Counted from the stretch's first letter, positions 17,659 to 26,594 are shown. The stretch is 51,774 nt of DNA from Euryarchaeota archaeon UBA171 (GCA_002497295.1 DANO01000027.1:4438-56211); one strand, 5' to 3'. The notes: generated by a model from the letters alone, not told the origin. Program-made: numbers and translations.

Positions 17659-18257
17659 AAATTCCAGAATTCGCACAAGAGCCGCTATTCCACCCCGTCG
17701 AATGGTTGGAGAGATGGATCAAAGAGGCCGAAGAAGCAGGGGAAATAGAGCCCACAGCGATGTCCCTGTCCACTGTAAGCATCGACGGCGCCCCTCGTGC
17801 CAGGTTCGTTCTTTGCAAAGGAGTATCTGAAAATGGTGTCCTGTTTTTCACAAACTTAGAATCTTCAAAGGCAAATGAGATATCTTCTGACCCGAGAGCA
17901 TCCATTGCCTTTCATTGGCCAACCCTTAATCGTCAAGTAAGGATTGAAGGGCGACTACAGAAGACTTCGGATCAAGAAGCCGACTCTTACTTTCAAACCA
18001 GGAGCCGTTTATCGAAGATAGGGGCATGGGCTTCCAAGCAAAGCCGCCCACTTGAATCTAGAGAAACGCTACTCAAAGCAGTTGATGACTACTCGTCGAG
18101 ATTCAATCATGATGTACCCAGGCCAAGTCACTGGTCAGGCTTCCATCTACAACCGTCCGCCTGGGAATTCTGGCAAGGTCAAGAAGGCCGACTTCACGAT
18201 CGGTGGACTATCCAAAAATCAGATGGAAATTGGCTCTCTTGGAGGCTTCATCCATGA
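17655..18257 (+). CDS. pdxH: Pyridoxamine 5'-phosphate oxidase
   Basis: EPTAMSLST, RFVLCK, FFTNLESSKA, RQVRIEG, IGAWASKQS, EFWQGQEGRLHDR. Confidence 0.93.
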   Translation: MKIPEFAQEPLFHPVEWLERWIKEAEEAGEIEPTAMSLSTVSIDGAPRARFVLCKGVSENGVLFFTNLESSKANEISSDPRASIAFHWPTLNRQVRIEGRLQKTSDQEADSYFQTRSRLSKIGAWASKQSRPLESRETLLKAVDDYSSRFNHDVPRPSHWSGFHLQPSAWEFWQGQEGRLHDRWTIQKSDGNWLSWRLHP

Positions 18258-19006
18258 ATAATGTGGTCTGGATTACGGGTGCGTCCGGAGGAATCGGGCG
18301 AAACGTGCTTGAGAAATTATCAGCTCAGGGGTGGACCGTAGTAGCCTCTGGCCGCGACCATGATAGTTTGCAACAACTTTCCTCGGAATTAGATAATATC
18401 CACATTCTCCCCGTCGATGTCACTGATCACATAGCCATGAAAGACGCAGCGGACAGGATAAAATCCGAATTCGGACAACTTGATGCATTAGTACACTCCG
18501 TAGGGTCAATTCTTCTCCGGCCGCTTCACGCGACCAGTGTCGAACAGTTCCAAGATACAATTTCTCTGAATTTAACTTCGGCCTTCTTGGCGATGAAATT
18601 TAGCATACCTATCATGATGAAATCTGGAGGTGGAAGAATAGTCCTTTTCTCTACAGTGGCTGCTAAAATCGGCATGCCCAACCACTCTTCAATCAGCTCT
18701 GCTAAGGCAGGTGTAGAGGGTCTTGCGAAATCCGCAGCCGCAGATTATGCAAAGAGAGGCATAAGAGTCAACGTAGTTGCACCCGGCTTGATAGAGACGC
18801 CCCTGACTTCCCATCTGCTTTCCAATGAGAACTCAAGAGCTATCTCTGAAAATATGCATCCTATTGGAAGAGTAGGTCAACCACAAGAAGTGGGATCCTT
18901 GGTATCATGGTTAATTTCTGAGGCGCCCGATTGGATGACTGGAACAGTGATACCTGTAGACGGCGGACTTGGTAACATCCGATCCCAGGAGAGCCGGAGG
19001 CCATGA
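18254..19006 (+). CDS. Short-chain dehydrogenase/reductase lacking catalytic Tyr
   Basis: TGASGGIG, IRVNVVAPG, VDGG; the YxxxK position reads ISSAK; ATGA overlap with pdxH. Confidence 0.88.
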   Translation: MNNVVWITGASGGIGRNVLEKLSAQGWTVVASGRDHDSLQQLSSELDNIHILPVDVTDHIAMKDAADRIKSEFGQLDALVHSVGSILLRPLHATSVEQFQDTISLNLTSAFLAMKFSIPIMMKSGGGRIVLFSTVAAKIGMPNHSSISSAKAGVEGLAKSAAADYAKRGIRVNVVAPGLIETPLTSHLLSNENSRAISENMHPIGRVGQPQEVGSLVSWLISEAPDWMTGTVIPVDGGLGNIRSQESRRP

Positions 19007-20250
19007 GCAAACCCACTGTCCACATCATCGGCTCAGGAATATCCGGATTGAGATGTGCAGAGATAGTTCTGGATTCTGGATTAGACGTAAAGATTTACGA
19101 AAAATCAGAAAGAATAGGGGGGAGGATGAAGACAGATATCGTCGATGGCTTTCTTTTAGACAGAGGATTTCATGTCATGCAGACCGGATACCCACATAGC
19201 ATATCCAAAATCGATTTTGAGTCACTCGGGTCAGAGGCATTCAGCCCAGGTACAAGGATTATCAAAACTGTAAATGGAAGACCGAAAATAACCACATATT
19301 CTGACCCCTTTCGAAGACCTCTTTCTTCTTTGAGACTACTTGGGTCTGAGCGCTGGTCAGATTTGATTGGAATGGCTAAATTGAGGCTGTCACTGAGTAG
19401 AATGGATATCAAAAAGATATTCAGCGGAGGGGATGCTTCCACATATGAATATCTCCGGCAGTCCGGGCTATCCAATTCCTTCATCGACAAGCTTCTCAGG
19501 CCCCTTTTTGCAGGAATATTCTTGGAATCAAAATTAGATACAAATGAGCGACTTTTTCGCTTCATATTCTCATCGATGTCTAGAGGTGATATGGTGCTAC
19601 CCAGAAAGGGCGTAGGAGCATATCCGAATCATCTGGCGAAAAAGATCGGTCTTGAACGGATCTCTCTTTCAACAAGCGCATTTGCGGATGACCCGACGAC
19701 GATTATCATCAATGGACAGAGAAAAACAGTGGACCAAGTCGTAGTCGCCCATCCACCCCAGTCGGAAGAGAAGTCTATGAGGATGGTCTGGACTGTATAT
19801 TTCGACTCTCCAAGATCACCAGCTCCGGGTAAATTCCTGCTTTTGAATGGCGATTATCAAATTGGGAAGACTGCAATAGCACATATGGCAGTTCCATCCG
19901 ATGTCCAACCGTCATACGCACCTGAGGGAAGGTCCCTGGTGGTTGCAACAATTGTCGGTGATGCCGCTGATTCTCTAAATCTGAATAACGCCGAAGCAGT
20001 AGAATCGCGTGCTAGAAAGGAAATTGAACAGTGGTTCCCAGATTGCAAAAACTGGAAAACTCTTGATGTTCAACACATCAAAGCGGCACTTCCTTCGCGA
20101 GAGACAGGAGTGAATTTGTCATTCTCTAAATCAATCGGTGAGGATGGGATAATCACCTGCGGGGACCACATGACGCATGCAAGTATGCAAGGCGCGGTCA
20201 ATTCAGCTGAAACAGCAGCCAATGAGGCCATTAGAAGAATCCAGAACTGA
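19003..20250 (+). CDS. FAD-dependent oxidoreductase (flavin amine oxidase / phytoene desaturase superfamily)
   Basis: IIGSGISGL, EKSERIGGRMKT, DGFLLDRG, CGDH...SMQGAVNSA. Confidence 0.85.
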   Translation: MSKPTVHIIGSGISGLRCAEIVLDSGLDVKIYEKSERIGGRMKTDIVDGFLLDRGFHVMQTGYPHSISKIDFESLGSEAFSPGTRIIKTVNGRPKITTYSDPFRRPLSSLRLLGSERWSDLIGMAKLRLSLSRMDIKKIFSGGDASTYEYLRQSGLSNSFIDKLLRPLFAGIFLESKLDTNERLFRFIFSSMSRGDMVLPRKGVGAYPNHLAKKIGLERISLSTSAFADDPTTIIINGQRKTVDQVVVAHPPQSEEKSMRMVWTVYFDSPRSPAPGKFLLLNGDYQIGKTAIAHMAVPSDVQPSYAPEGRSLVVATIVGDAADSLNLNNAEAVESRARKEIEQWFPDCKNWKTLDVQHIKAALPSRETGVNLSFSKSIGEDGIITCGDHMTHASMQGAVNSAETAANEAIRRIQN

Positions 20251-20286
20251 AGGTAACTACTAACCCTCGAATCCATTAGGAGTTAC

Positions 20287-21120
20287 ATGGTAAGTAAGCC
20301 CGTCTTAATCACGGGCGGTGTTGTTTGCTTAATTTCTGCATCTTTATTGTTGGTTGCAGGGTCATTTACTAACCAAGGTGTGGAAAGCCTTGAAGATCTT
20401 GAAGAGATTGAATATAACGTCTATGACTACTATTATGGATCATATCACGATGGTGAAGAGGCCACAGATATTACATTCGAATTCATCGATGAAGATGGAC
20501 AGGGAAGTATGCCTTGGATAGTAATGGTCCGTGGAGACTATTCCGATACGAATCAAGATAGTCAGATCGATGTGTGCGAGGGCCTGACTCTCGTTATCCA
20601 TGATTCTAATGGAACGAATTTGACGAACGAGAAAGTAGGCCTTCTCGAATGTGATGTCGAAAATGAATCTTATGATGCTGATACAGGCGACGGATTAGCG
20701 GATATAGGATTCATCTGTGACACGTTTTATGATGATCAGAACTGTAAGCCAGGACAAATACTCACAGTAACACTGTACGATGAAAACAATTCAAAAATAC
20801 CATTCACACTTTACGATGCCGATGCTTCTATTATTGCCTTTTTGGGATTGATTGGCGAGGAGGCCGCAGAAGGGATCACTGCTCTAATTGGGGCTAGTAT
20901 GGTAGGATTCTTATCCTGCTGCGGAATATGCTCGGGTCTTGTTATTTTCTTTCTTGGTTTGGTGATAGGCGGCAACCCGCCTGATGAGGTCGAATTCGTT
21001 CACAAATCACTAAATTCTGAAAGTTTTAATCCCCAACTCAATGTTAAAAATCAGATAAACGAACAACCAAGCGAATCTAAAGACGAGGGATGGTGGGATG
21101 ATGTCGTTGAAAATGATTGA
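20287..21120 (+). CDS. Hypothetical membrane protein with acidic extracellular domain
   Basis: N-terminal TM, Asp-rich Cys-containing domain, C-terminal TM segments containing SCCGIC, acidic tail; SD-like AGGAG upstream. Confidence 0.7.
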   Translation: MVSKPVLITGGVVCLISASLLLVAGSFTNQGVESLEDLEEIEYNVYDYYYGSYHDGEEATDITFEFIDEDGQGSMPWIVMVRGDYSDTNQDSQIDVCEGLTLVIHDSNGTNLTNEKVGLLECDVENESYDADTGDGLADIGFICDTFYDDQNCKPGQILTVTLYDENNSKIPFTLYDADASIIAFLGLIGEEAAEGITALIGASMVGFLSCCGICSGLVIFFLGLVIGGNPPDEVEFVHKSLNSESFNPQLNVKNQINEQPSESKDEGWWDDVVEND

Positions 21121-22066
21121 TCAACCTCTTCGGAAAAGTCTGATTGACTGGTATGATAAAGAGAAGCGTGATTTGCCATGGCGTAGAACAAACGATCCTT
21201 GGCTGATTCTTCTCTCAGAGGTAATACTTCAACAGACCCAGGTTTCACGAGGAATCGGATATTGGGAGAAAATTTCGAATCGTTTCCCAACTCCAAAGTC
21301 ACTTGCTAAAGCAGATCAAGAGGAACTCCTAACCCTCTGGCAAGGCGCAGGGTACTATGCCAGAGCGAGAAGATTACACGCTCTTGCCGTACAAGTCTCA
21401 AAACCGTCTAAAGAAGGGGGGTTTGACGGCTCCATACCTGAATCAATAGAACAACTCCTAGAATTGCCAGGAATAGGTGCATACACTGCTGCCGCTGTGG
21501 CATCAATAGCCTTCGATCTGCCCGTGGGGGTCGTGGACGGCAATGTTCGTCGAGTGGCCTCCAGACAGACCGGAAACTCGAGCCCAACTCAAGATTCAGT
21601 AGGCATGTGGGCCAATTCTATGCTTATCTCCGGCCGCCCGGGGGATTCTAATCAGGCTATGATGGAGCTCGGAGCAGTCATATGCAAGCCAAAGGCTCCA
21701 AAATGCGAGTTATGCCCAATCGCCAGTAATTGTGAGGGTAAAGAAAATCCATTAGCATACCCAACCCCAACCAAGAGGAAGAAGTCTATCGAAAACCTCG
21801 ATGCCGCAGTCTTGCTCGACTCTGTAGGCCGGCCAAGACTACTCAGGAGAGATCCCTCGGAAAGATTCGGCGGCATGTGGGGGCCCCCTATGTGTGATAT
21901 TATGACCGATTCGTTAACCCCTGTGGGAGAAATAGTGCATCACTTGACGCACAGGGAACTGCGGGTCAAGGTGTGGTCAGGTCAATGCTCCAAGGGTACC
22001 GACCCAACCACTGTCCCAATATCCAATCTAGATCGAAAGATTTTGGAGATAGCAGGAGTAATGTAA
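21113..22066 (+). CDS. mutY: A/G-specific adenine glycosylase
   Basis: RDLPWR, SEVILQQT, WQGAGYYARAR, HhH LPGIGAYTA, VDGNVRRV, FeS motif CKPKAPKCELCPIASNC. Confidence 0.92.
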   Translation: MIDQPLRKSLIDWYDKEKRDLPWRRTNDPWLILLSEVILQQTQVSRGIGYWEKISNRFPTPKSLAKADQEELLTLWQGAGYYARARRLHALAVQVSKPSKEGGFDGSIPESIEQLLELPGIGAYTAAAVASIAFDLPVGVVDGNVRRVASRQTGNSSPTQDSVGMWANSMLISGRPGDSNQAMMELGAVICKPKAPKCELCPIASNCEGKENPLAYPTPTKRKKSIENLDAAVLLDSVGRPRLLRRDPSERFGGMWGPPMCDIMTDSLTPVGEIVHHLTHRELRVKVWSGQCSKGTDPTTVPISNLDRKILEIAGVM

Positions 22067-22109
22067 GGATCTAACACCAATTCATACGTCCAGACACACA
22101 GGCTAACGC

Positions 22110-22490
22110 GTGGAACCTCATCTAACCCCCTCTTGGAAAAGAGTCATGAAGGGTAGTAAATTGAAAACAGGACAGAAAAAGATGAAGACAGTAGGGCGAA
22201 CACCAGTTATGTTGTTGAGAACAGAGGACAAGATACACGCAACAGGTGCGCTTTGCAAGCACATGGGGTGGCCACTCGCATGGGGGGGTAAAGTGGAGGG
22301 AGAGTGCATAACATGCCCCCTTCATCAATCCCAATACGAGTTAGAGACGGGAGAAGTTCGCGAATGGTCACCCTTCCCATTGCTTCCGGCATACGGCAGA
22401 CTCGTCGGTTCGATGCGAAAGAAGAGACCCCTCCAAGTCCATGAAGTCCGCGAGATAGAGGGTTGGATCGAAGTCAGACTATCGTCCTAG
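22110..22490 (+). CDS. Stand-alone Rieske [2Fe-2S] ferredoxin
   Basis: CKH...CPLH ligand pair; no oxygenase catalytic domain. Confidence 0.88.
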   Translation: MEPHLTPSWKRVMKGSKLKTGQKKMKTVGRTPVMLLRTEDKIHATGALCKHMGWPLAWGGKVEGECITCPLHQSQYELETGEVREWSPFPLLPAYGRLVGSMRKKRPLQVHEVREIEGWIEVRLSS

Positions 22491-22495
22491 GTGAA

Positions 22496-22936
22496 TCACT
22501 CTTTGGAATCAACACGGACTGCTGCAAGATGTATAGCCACCCCGACAGGCATCAACATAACACCAAAGAAGACCGATGAAACCGATACCCACCGGCTGCT
22601 GTTCATTTCCATACACCTCTTCCACATCCACCTGGTTACGACTATGTCTCCCGCCACAAAGTGCGCCCATGCAGCAGCAGCGCCAGCCCTCGTTCCTAGC
22701 AACTCTGCCAGACTACCCAGTATCTTATCGGGCTTGACAGAATCCTTTCCAAAGTCCACAAGAACTTGCGGATCCGATACCATAAGGGCCCACCAGATGG
22801 CTATGGGGCCAATGAAGAAAAGAGGCCGATCCATGACTTTCTTGGTCATCGCATGCTCTGGGTAGAAGAGCATCGCAAACCAGAAGGGCCCGACCCACAT
22901 CGTCGAGAGAAAGAAAGAGAGGTCGTATACATCCAT
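22496..22936 (-). CDS. ABA4-like (DUF4281) membrane protein
   Basis: About 4 TM; PFWFAMLFYP...TKKVM, LAELLG, AWAHFVAGDIVVTRW and LMPVG match the ABA4-like pattern (PFW..P, W.H.LAFDLFVG.W). Confidence 0.75.
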   Translation of the reverse strand: MDVYDLSFFLSTMWVGPFWFAMLFYPEHAMTKKVMDRPLFFIGPIAIWWALMVSDPQVLVDFGKDSVKPDKILGSLAELLGTRAGAAAAWAHFVAGDIVVTRWMWKRCMEMNSSRWVSVSSVFFGVMLMPVGVAIHLAAVRVDSKE

Positions 22937-22948
22937 GTCATCACCACA

Positions 22949-23542
22949 TCATATGTTATCTAAAATCTCTACAATATCAACCAATTCATTCCAGTCGGCC
23001 CAGTATGAGTGTTCGAGAGATTCAATACTTCCATCACTCCGATATATCTGCAAAGTAGGCGTCGATGGCTGTTCGAATGCTTCGTATATACCTTGAGTCG
23101 AGGTCATACCAGAATCCAAATTCAATATTTCCACATCTTCGCTTGGAACCATCACTGGCCAACTGGAAGGGTGTTCAGCCCCATCTTCAACGTATGTTGA
23201 CAGTACTTCTCCCTCATCTTCGAAAGCAGCATATCGATGAATACTCACCACATTGAGTCCTTGAATCGTTCCATTTTGAATACCTGCATAGATCATATCA
23301 GTCCAATCATGGCATCCCCTGCACGAGGCACCTACCCACAAAATAAGAGCATCTTCTTCATTCACAACATGTCTTAAATCGAGTACTTCAGGTGTACTGT
23401 TGCCCCCTTGATGAGTTATCGACTCAAAAGAAATACGTTGTAGGGGCTCCTCGGAAGATTCTACACCTTCTGAAGAGAGCTCGGGGGCCACACAGCCGGA
23501 TAGTGCGAAAACAGAGATTATGAGAGCGGCAATATAACGCAT
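22949..23542 (-). CDS. Thioredoxin-fold lipoprotein (CxxC)
   Basis: Lipobox-like ALSGC after a hydrophobic signal; WVGASCRGC; TPT cis-Pro-like motif; TGATG overlap with crtI stop. Confidence 0.7.
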   Translation of the reverse strand: MRYIAALIISVFALSGCVAPELSSEGVESSEEPLQRISFESITHQGGNSTPEVLDLRHVVNEEDALILWVGASCRGCHDWTDMIYAGIQNGTIQGLNVVSIHRYAAFEDEGEVLSTYVEDGAEHPSSWPVMVPSEDVEILNLDSGMTSTQGIYEAFEQPSTPTLQIYRSDGSIESLEHSYWADWNELVDIVEILDNI

Positions 23543-25149
23543 CACGACACCATGCCAGAGGGATTTGATGGAATCTGGCTGGAGGGCTCCGGGACAGGAT
23601 GATTGGAATAAGGGAACCATGTATCCACTCCATTCCATTCGGGGTGAATGCCCATATCTGCCAAGACTAGTTTGCTAGTTATTCGGCCTGATTCGAAAAT
23701 CGTAGGGAGTCCGCTTCCTGGATGCGTACCGCCGCCTACAAGGTACAGACCTTGAAACTCATCAAATCTATTCCCAGGCCTTAGGAATAGCATTTGATCA
23801 AGACTGTGCGCTAGATTGAACACAGCACCCCTGTAGATGTCCGATGAACCCCAATCATCGGGAGTCACGATCGATTCGCTTACGATGTGGTCTTCAAGAT
23901 CTGCAAACCCTAGTTTCTCCATCTGTTTAATGATAACATCTCTGTAATCATGCTTTATGCTATCCCATTCAATCGATTCATGTACGTTTGAAACCGGAAC
24001 CAACACGTAGAGTGTAGAGCACCCATCAGGAGCCAGACTAGGATCTGTGATGCAAGCATTCTGGACGTATATCGAAGGATCTTCCCAAGTGACCCGATGT
24101 TTCGTAATGTCTTCAAGATTCGACTCGTACTTCGAGGATGCATAGATCTGGTGATGGGGCTGATCCCACGTTTTATCCGTACCGAGATACAGCATGAATG
24201 TTGAACATGAGTAAGATTTCTTCGCCAGTTTCTTATCGCTCCATCTTCGCCTCTTATCATTTGGAACCAAGGAGGTCATGCCATTGGCGAAATCAGCGTT
24301 CATAATCACCTTATCACATCGTATCTCGCCTTTTTCCGTTCGTACTCCCACGACACGCTTACCATCAAGAAGCAACTCCTCTACTGGAGTAGATAACTGA
24401 ATATCAGCCCCGAGTCCAATGGCAATATCAGCCATACGCTCAGTTATGCTGCCCAAACCACCCTTTGCATGGAAAATCCCATGTTCATATTCGAGGAAGG
24501 CAAGAATCGTAAAGAGGGAAGGTGCTTGAAAAGGGCTCATTCCCAGATACTTCGTTTGGAAAGACATGGCCAGTCGAATCCGCTCATCCGGGAAAAGCCG
24601 TTTCAAGTCGCTAGCGACTGTTGCCCACGGCCTCATCACGGACGCCGCTTCCAACGCTTTCCTGCTGAATAGATCCGAAACACCATTCCAGGGCGACTGC
24701 AGACTGGACTTACTTTTCGTAAGCTTACGTCGGTTTTCCGTCACATACTTCCTGAAACCTGACGCATTTTCTTCACCAGACAGACTTCTGACTCTCTCAG
24801 TCATCTCGTCTAGATCGCTCGTAGCTTCAATCGACCCACCCTGTCCGAAAACCAATTTGTATGACGGATCAAGAGGAATAAGTCCGAGCTCTTTGTGAGC
24901 ATCTAGGCCGATTGCCTGGAATATTTCTTCGATTATTTCGGGGTAATGGAAGAATGTGGGGCCACGGTCGAATCTGAAACCATCTTGCTCTATGATTTTG
25001 GTGCGACCGCCTACCTCTGCGCATTTCTCTACGACTAAAACATCGAGACCAGAGTGCGCTAGTAGCATAGCGCTGGCCAAACCTCCCGGTCCAGCCCCTA
25101 CAATTAGCACATCTGGGTCAGCCCTTTGAGCCTCGGACATAGCCATCAT
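23542..25149 (-). CDS. crtI: Phytoene desaturase (CrtI family)
   Basis: VGAGPGGLA, GGRT...GFRFDRGPT, SFQTKYLGMSPF, YSCSTFMLYLG, LYLVGGGTHPGSGLPTI; ATGA overlap with crtB. Confidence 0.9.
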   Translation of the reverse strand: MMAMSEAQRADPDVLIVGAGPGGLASAMLLAHSGLDVLVVEKCAEVGGRTKIIEQDGFRFDRGPTFFHYPEIIEEIFQAIGLDAHKELGLIPLDPSYKLVFGQGGSIEATSDLDEMTERVRSLSGEENASGFRKYVTENRRKLTKSKSSLQSPWNGVSDLFSRKALEAASVMRPWATVASDLKRLFPDERIRLAMSFQTKYLGMSPFQAPSLFTILAFLEYEHGIFHAKGGLGSITERMADIAIGLGADIQLSTPVEELLLDGKRVVGVRTEKGEIRCDKVIMNADFANGMTSLVPNDKRRRWSDKKLAKKSYSCSTFMLYLGTDKTWDQPHHQIYASSKYESNLEDITKHRVTWEDPSIYVQNACITDPSLAPDGCSTLYVLVPVSNVHESIEWDSIKHDYRDVIIKQMEKLGFADLEDHIVSESIVTPDDWGSSDIYRGAVFNLAHSLDQMLFLRPGNRFDEFQGLYLVGGGTHPGSGLPTIFESGRITSKLVLADMGIHPEWNGVDTWFPYSNHPVPEPSSQIPSNPSGMVS

Positions 25150-26165
25150 TCCCCCCCCTTGAATGGCCAAACCATTAGCGTTGAGAAGGCAAAACCCATC
25201 TTCTTCATGAAACCGAGGCTTAGTCGCCGGGACAGAACATCTCCATTTCTCCGTTCTGCCTCATCAAGAATTTCTCCATAAATCGATGCCATTATCGACG
25301 GACTAGATCTCGAATCTGTTTCGATTAGGGGGAGGAGCCTAAGCGCATTCTTTTGATGCGTTCTAACCCTGCTCATATAGTGCCTCATGAACTCCTTCCA
25401 CCTTTGATCCGCGGGGAGATCGGAATCATACAGGTCTTCAGTCGATATTCCGAACAATTCGAGGTCATCTTTTGGCAAATACACCCTTCCGCGACCGAGG
25501 TCTTCTTGGATATCTCGAAGAATATTTACCATTTGAAGAAAAATACCCATCTCTTCAGCATGCTCTCTGGCATCTGGATTATCATATCCATATATCTCAA
25601 TGAGTGCCAAACCCACTGTTGATGCAACCTTGTAGCAATATCCCCTTAGATCCTCGAAAGATCGATAGTTCGTGGGATATAGGTCATCTTCCATGCCATC
25701 GATGAGTTGATGCAGGTCGCCAACACGTATCGGGAATCGACTGAACGTATCTTTCAGAGCAACGAATATCGGGTCGGATACTGAATGCCCTTCATGAGCT
25801 CGACAAAGCAAGTCTCTGTAGTGAATCAATGCTCTCAATTTCAAGGAATGATCGGGCTCAGGGTTAGATCCCTCTGATTGCTTATCGATCGAAAGAACGA
25901 CCGATCTATCGGCAGTTCGCGCTTCTAGTTCGCTCATCTTTTCCGGGCTGATATGAGAAAGGTCAGGCAGCCAATCCCCGTCAGCGATGTCATCTACCCG
26001 ACGACAGAACGCGTAGAGAGCATAAACAGCGTTTCTTTTCTCAATTGGAAGATGTCTGAAAGATCGCAAGAAAGACGTCGATGCCGCTCTTGTAATGTCT
26101 TTGCATATCGCATAGGAGTCTGTCATGTCTGAAACCTTAGTAGACCTTCGTCCCATGAGAGCCAT
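25146..26165 (-). CDS. crtB: Phytoene/squalene synthase family protein
   Basis: LYAFCRRVDDIAD, YCYKVASTVG and LQMVNILRDIQEDLGRGRVYLP. Confidence 0.9.
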   Translation of the reverse strand: MALMGRRSTKVSDMTDSYAICKDITRAASTSFLRSFRHLPIEKRNAVYALYAFCRRVDDIADGDWLPDLSHISPEKMSELEARTADRSVVLSIDKQSEGSNPEPDHSLKLRALIHYRDLLCRAHEGHSVSDPIFVALKDTFSRFPIRVGDLHQLIDGMEDDLYPTNYRSFEDLRGYCYKVASTVGLALIEIYGYDNPDAREHAEEMGIFLQMVNILRDIQEDLGRGRVYLPKDDLELFGISTEDLYDSDLPADQRWKEFMRHYMSRVRTHQKNALRLLPLIETDSRSSPSIMASIYGEILDEAERRNGDVLSRRLSLGFMKKMGFAFSTLMVWPFKGGE

Positions 26166-26270
26166 ATAGATGCAATCCCACCATTCTCATTATGAAGGGC
26201 TGTTTAGTCCGGTAACAATCTGGGAGCACCCTTGAGTCCCCCTTGGCGAGTAAAATGGAGGTTTGTCGTA

Positions 26271-26594
26271 ATGTCTCTCACAGATATGGAAAGAGGAGAA
26301 GAGTCGTGTAAGATGACATTTTCAGATGGTGCCGAATACCACGTTGAATATCTAAATCTCCGTCTAGATTGTCCGTGTGCCAATTGCAAACCAAGAAGAG
26401 AGAACAAACAGAGAATGATTGAGTTCCAGGAGGAACTAAGCAGGCTAAGAATTGAGAAACCATCAATCGAGATTGTAGGTCATTATGGCCTCAAATTCAT
26501 TTGGCCATCGGGATGTTCAAGCGGAATTTACAGCTTTGACATTCTTCGGGAGATAGCTGAAACAGAACCACACTCTCGGTGGCAACAGTCATAG
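26271..26594 (+). CDS. DUF971 / GBBH-like N-terminal domain protein
   Basis: LRLDCPCANC and VGHYGLKFIW.SG.SSGIYSFDIL; GGAGGT SD before ATG 26271. Confidence 0.82.
   Translation: MSLTDMERGEESCKMTFSDGAEYHVEYLNLRLDCPCANCKPRRENKQRMIEFQEELSRLRIEKPSIEIVGHYGLKFIWPSGCSSGIYSFDILREIAETEPHSRWQQS

Noticed and set aside
19003-20250. Calling the flavoprotein a second crtI/crtD or hemY
   Set aside because: Only superfamily-level motifs are visible; it is shorter than CrtI and lacks the THPG.G.P motif.
22496-26165. Complete retinal/proteorhodopsin module
   Set aside because: No rhodopsin, blh/brp, crtY or crtE is recognisable in this window.
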